A stretch of DNA of 64,000 nucleotides, taken from IMG/VR virus record IMGVR_UViG_3300045988_177924; one strand, 5' to 3'. The notes beneath the pieces were generated by a model. It was not told the origin of the DNA and did not search any database. It was given only the letters and a program-made list of their open reading frames with translations. The stretch's first letter is position 1. Every line of letters begins with the position of its first letter. Positions 61,739-64,000 of the stretch are shown piece after piece. The stretch is from a virus. A program made the translations under genes and the position numbers.

Positions 61739-61924
61739 TTAATCGATATTATCAACAGTGACTTGATATGTCACGTTGATTTTCAGTTGATGTATCAACG
61801 ACATTGAAAGATCATCACCGAGTTCAAATACATTGATTTCCCTCGGTGTTGCCATCGTCATTGTCGCGACGATGACGCCGTTGTTGTTATAGAAAATAAA
61901 ATTATAATGTTTTACATTTTTCAT
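61739..61924 (-). CDS. hypothetical protein
   Basis: ATGA overlap with the upstream gene. GAGGAGG SD upstream. 61 aa. Confidence 0.55.
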   Translation of the reverse strand: MKNVKHYNFIFYNNNGVIVATMTMATPREINVFELGDDLSMSLIHQLKINVTYQVTVDNID

Positions 61925-62352
61925 TTTGTTATTCCTCCTCTCTCTTTTTTGTAGGCGTCTAACTTTTGTTCGGCGCGTTGGACATCGATGATGGGGTCGC
62001 CAAAATCGTAGTAGGATTCAACAATCCCTTCTTTGCCGATTTCGTACTCATCGATTTCATAACCATATTCGTCAATTGCAATATCAAACCCAAGTGGGGA
62101 TATATAATATTCCTCAAATGAACTTGCTAAATCACTTAGATTTAGATAATATTTGTTTCTCTCTTCTTCAGAAAGAGTGGAACAAAATACTTGTTTCATT
62201 TTCTTGAAAAGATATAAATCTTCCTCAAGAAGATTACGATTGTGTTTGATCCACTCAGTTGCTTGCTCTTTGTCATCAAAGATACAATAAGCAAAGTTTT
62301 GGTTATTTTCACCGTCAAAATAATCAATTTTCGAAATATAAACTTTTTTCAT
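61921..62352 (-). CDS. hypothetical protein (143 aa)
   Basis: ATG 62352 follows AAGGAGG. Confidence 0.65.
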   Translation of the reverse strand: MKKVYISKIDYFDGENNQNFAYCIFDDKEQATEWIKHNRNLLEEDLYLFKKMKQVFCSTLSEEERNKYYLNLSDLASSFEEYYISPLGFDIAIDEYGYEIDEYEIGKEGIVESYYDFGDPIIDVQRAEQKLDAYKKERGGITK

Positions 62353-62356
62353 TTTC

Positions 62357-62560
62357 TTAGTCCTCCTTTTCTTTAAGAACGTTGAACGTCCCAACGATAT
62401 TATAATCGTTGATCTTGTTGATTAAGCTGTCCGCCGCCCCCAGGTTGCCCAGAAGCAGTTGTACTTCTGCTGCATCCAGCAAAAGTTGGTCGTAACGGGA
62501 GAGTTGCCTCTCTTCTGCAACTTGATCGAGTTCATCGATCCATGATTTAATATTTTTCAT
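62357..62560 (-). CDS. hypothetical protein (67 aa)
   Basis: ATG 62560 follows AAAGGAG. The upstream in-frame extension in the ORF track lies within leader B and has no SD. Confidence 0.55.
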   Translation of the reverse strand: MKNIKSWIDELDQVAEERQLSRYDQLLLDAAEVQLLLGNLGAADSLINKINDYNIVGTFNVLKEKED

Positions 62561-62706
62561 AACGGTTTCTCCTTTCCCTGCCATGGGACCCCTAGCAATA
62601 ATAAAGTTTTTCGGGGACGGTGTCGTTATGCCCACCATAAGCGCCGCGTATTTCTACGCATCGGACTTGCACCGATCACCTCCGAGGGGGCGGGCCTTGC
62701 GGTGAT
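62561..62706 (-). ncRNA. structured leader element B (family of three)
   Basis: Starts 1 nt after the upstream TAA. AUCACCGCAAGGCCCG, CCU-CGG-AGG hairpin, GUGA, AUCGG-UGCAAGU-CCGAU, GCGUA-GAAA-UACGC hairpin, GGCGCUUAUGGUG ... CUAGGGGUCCCAUGGCAGGGAAAGGAGAAAC. Confidence 0.5.
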
Positions 62707-62949
62707 TTATTTTAGTATTTCGCCGAAATTGTCGGTGACAAGTTGTTTGGCGACATCCGTCAAGTGGTGGATACACTTGCTGTAAGTCTCCGTTTTGCCT
62801 TCGACTTTAGCCCTGTATTCGGGCGTTATGGCGAAGGAAATTTTGGTGGCATTGGACATTTCTTTATCGAGTTGGGTGTTTACCCATATGACAAAATCGT
62901 TGACAAAGCCAACGATTGCCGCGATTTGGTCGGCGGTATAATTTTTCAT
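62707..62949 (-). CDS. hypothetical protein (80 aa)
   Basis: ATG 62949 follows AAGGAGG. Confidence 0.6.
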   Translation of the reverse strand: MKNYTADQIAAIVGFVNDFVIWVNTQLDKEMSNATKISFAITPEYRAKVEGKTETYSKCIHHLTDVAKQLVTDNFGEILK

Positions 62950-62971
62950 AATAGCCTCCTTTTGCTTGGGG

Positions 62972-63391
62972 TTAGATGTTGCCCCAAACATCTAATTTGT
63001 TATAGTGTGCCTGGCAGGTTCCCCTGCGAGAATGCCCTCCACTATAATAAAACATGCCGTCTCCGGCATATATTTTGCGGCGGAGAAAGTCTTCCTCCAT
63101 TTTGATATTGTGATCTATAACCACAATTTTATTAATTTTAACATTGTTAAAATTAATATAGTAATACACTGGGACCAGTGCAACCTGGTCTCCTTTTTGG
63201 AGAGATGCCAAGGTTTTGGCGTTCTCCTTTTGAAGTTTTTTAATCTTTTCCCCGAGAGGGAAGATTTTGTATTGGACCGGACGAGAGGTCCAATTTTTTA
63301 ACGTGGCTTCTGCTACTTTGCGGACGTTGCCGCGTGTGGCGTTGACGACGATGTCGCCCATTTGTGTTTTAATGATAAATTGTTTTTTCAT
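62972..63391 (-). CDS. hypothetical protein
   Basis: AAAGGAG SD upstream. 139 aa. Preceded by leader element C. Confidence 0.65.
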   Translation of the reverse strand: MKKQFIIKTQMGDIVVNATRGNVRKVAEATLKNWTSRPVQYKIFPLGEKIKKLQKENAKTLASLQKGDQVALVPVYYYINFNNVKINKIVVIDHNIKMEEDFLRRKIYAGDGMFYYSGGHSRRGTCQAHYNKLDVWGNI

Positions 63392-63577
63392 AGTGTTTCT
63401 CCTTTCCTGGCTAGGGAACCCGATTCGCCATTGTTTAGTTTTGTTTTACGGGTTGCCGAACTATGAACGGCAATGCTGATGGTTTCGGCTCATGCCGTCA
63501 TCAGGCCACGGACTTTTACCGTGACGACCATCTGTCCCGAGCAAGGGTTTAAGCTTACTCGGGACATTGTGTGATTT
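63392..63577 (-). ncRNA. structured leader element C (divergent member of the family)
   Basis: Starts after an SD-ATG-TAA mini-ORF. AAAAUCACACAAUG, 9-bp hairpin UGUCCCGAG..CUCGGGACA, CACGG-UAAAAGU-CCGUG ... GGUUCCCUAGCCAGGAAAGGAGAAAC. Confidence 0.45.
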
Positions 63578-63761
63578 TTACATATTTTACCTCCCCACCC
63601 CCGCTTGGGTGTATTGTATTTCACGGCTCCTTAATAAGAGAATTGTTCCCACTCACTCGCTTGTGAGCAGTTGAATAAACGTTCCTCTTCCCCTTCGGAG
63701 GGGTAACCTATCTCTCTTAAAGCGGTAAGAGAGCAATTGTGGGACTATATCCCACGACAAC

Positions 63762-63959
63762 TTATAGATTAAAAATTTCTATAAGTTTTTGGCAATTCTC
63801 GCGAGGATTGCGTTTGTCCCATTGCATTGGGACACCTTTATTTTTGTGGTTTTTTATTTCACCACAAAACGTGTGAAAAGATATTTGTATCTTTTCTTGT
63901 GTATTATAAAAATACACTACGCGGGATTTGTTCCCGTTTTGATCAGGCATTTCTACCAC
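63762..63959 (-). CDS. hypothetical protein (65 aa)
   Basis: ORF with a weak SD. Start uncertain. Confidence 0.4.
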   Translation of the reverse strand: MVEMPDQNGNKSRVVYFYNTQEKIQISFHTFCGEIKNHKNKGVPMQWDKRNPRENCQKLIEIFNL

Positions 63960-64000
63960 ATAATAACGGAATTGGCATTCCGTTATTTTTGAAGAATTAA

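Noticed and set aside
63475-63505. Hammerhead-ribozyme-like CUGAUGA ... GAAAC on the minus strand inside leader C
   Set aside because: The stem II closing pair consumes the G that would have to be the catalytic G12. In addition, CUGAUG simply pairs with the downstream CAUCAG to form an ordinary extended hairpin, and no stem I/III or cleavage-site context is present.
1-64000. Stop-codon reassignment or suppressor tRNA usage (suggested by the phage tRNAs and one in-frame TAA after IscB)
   Set aside because: Long conserved genes (dnaB, dnaE, recD, nrdD, dam) are intact in the standard code and terminate at TAA, TAG and TGA. None of the four tRNAs has a stop anticodon (they are CCA, UUG, UAG, UGG).

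Overview
The window looks like part of a large (over 64 kb) dsDNA phage or phage-plasmid. The host appears to be a low-GC Gram-positive type: nearly every gene has a GGAGG-type Shine-Dalgarno site, promoters read TTGACA-N17-TATAAT, and stop/start overlaps are frequent.

Layout:
- (i) 2-601: the 3' end of a tail-fibre-like gene.
- (ii) 0.7-38.8 kb, plus strand: an early, replication and nucleotide-metabolism block. It holds a Sak4-like ATPase, DnaB, primase, a Cas4-like nuclease, a phosphatase, a ThyX-like protein, a two-piece DnaE, a RecD-like helicase, a ClpP-like protease, Dam, NrdH, NrdD and NrdG. NrdD is split by a group I intron that carries a GIY-YIG homing endonuclease. The block also carries selfish elements (IscB with a candidate omega RNA, and a free-standing GIY-YIG gene) and four tRNAs.
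- (iii) 38.8-44.1 kb: a compositionally odd segment. It has GC-rich cassettes (a CYTH-like gene and two SSB-like paralogs), an ORF-free field of short direct repeats, and 258 nt containing only A and T. Arrays of a CCCATA(A/T) motif sit at its two ends.
- (iv) 44.1-64 kb, minus strand: about 52 short, mostly acidic ORFs of unknown function plus one PcfJ-like protein, converging on block (ii)/(iii).

Observations I rank highest:
- Three paralogous structured leader RNAs with compensatory base changes, each starting right after a stop codon.
- A compact IscB locus inside the replication module.
- A tRNA that combines a Leu-type (class II) body with Gln-type identity elements.
- A GTCA-N8-TGAC palindrome over the -35 element of at least 11 promoters.
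- The repeat-bounded 5-kb segment (iii).

All calls come from reading the sequence and the ORF track. No database searches or folding programs were run.
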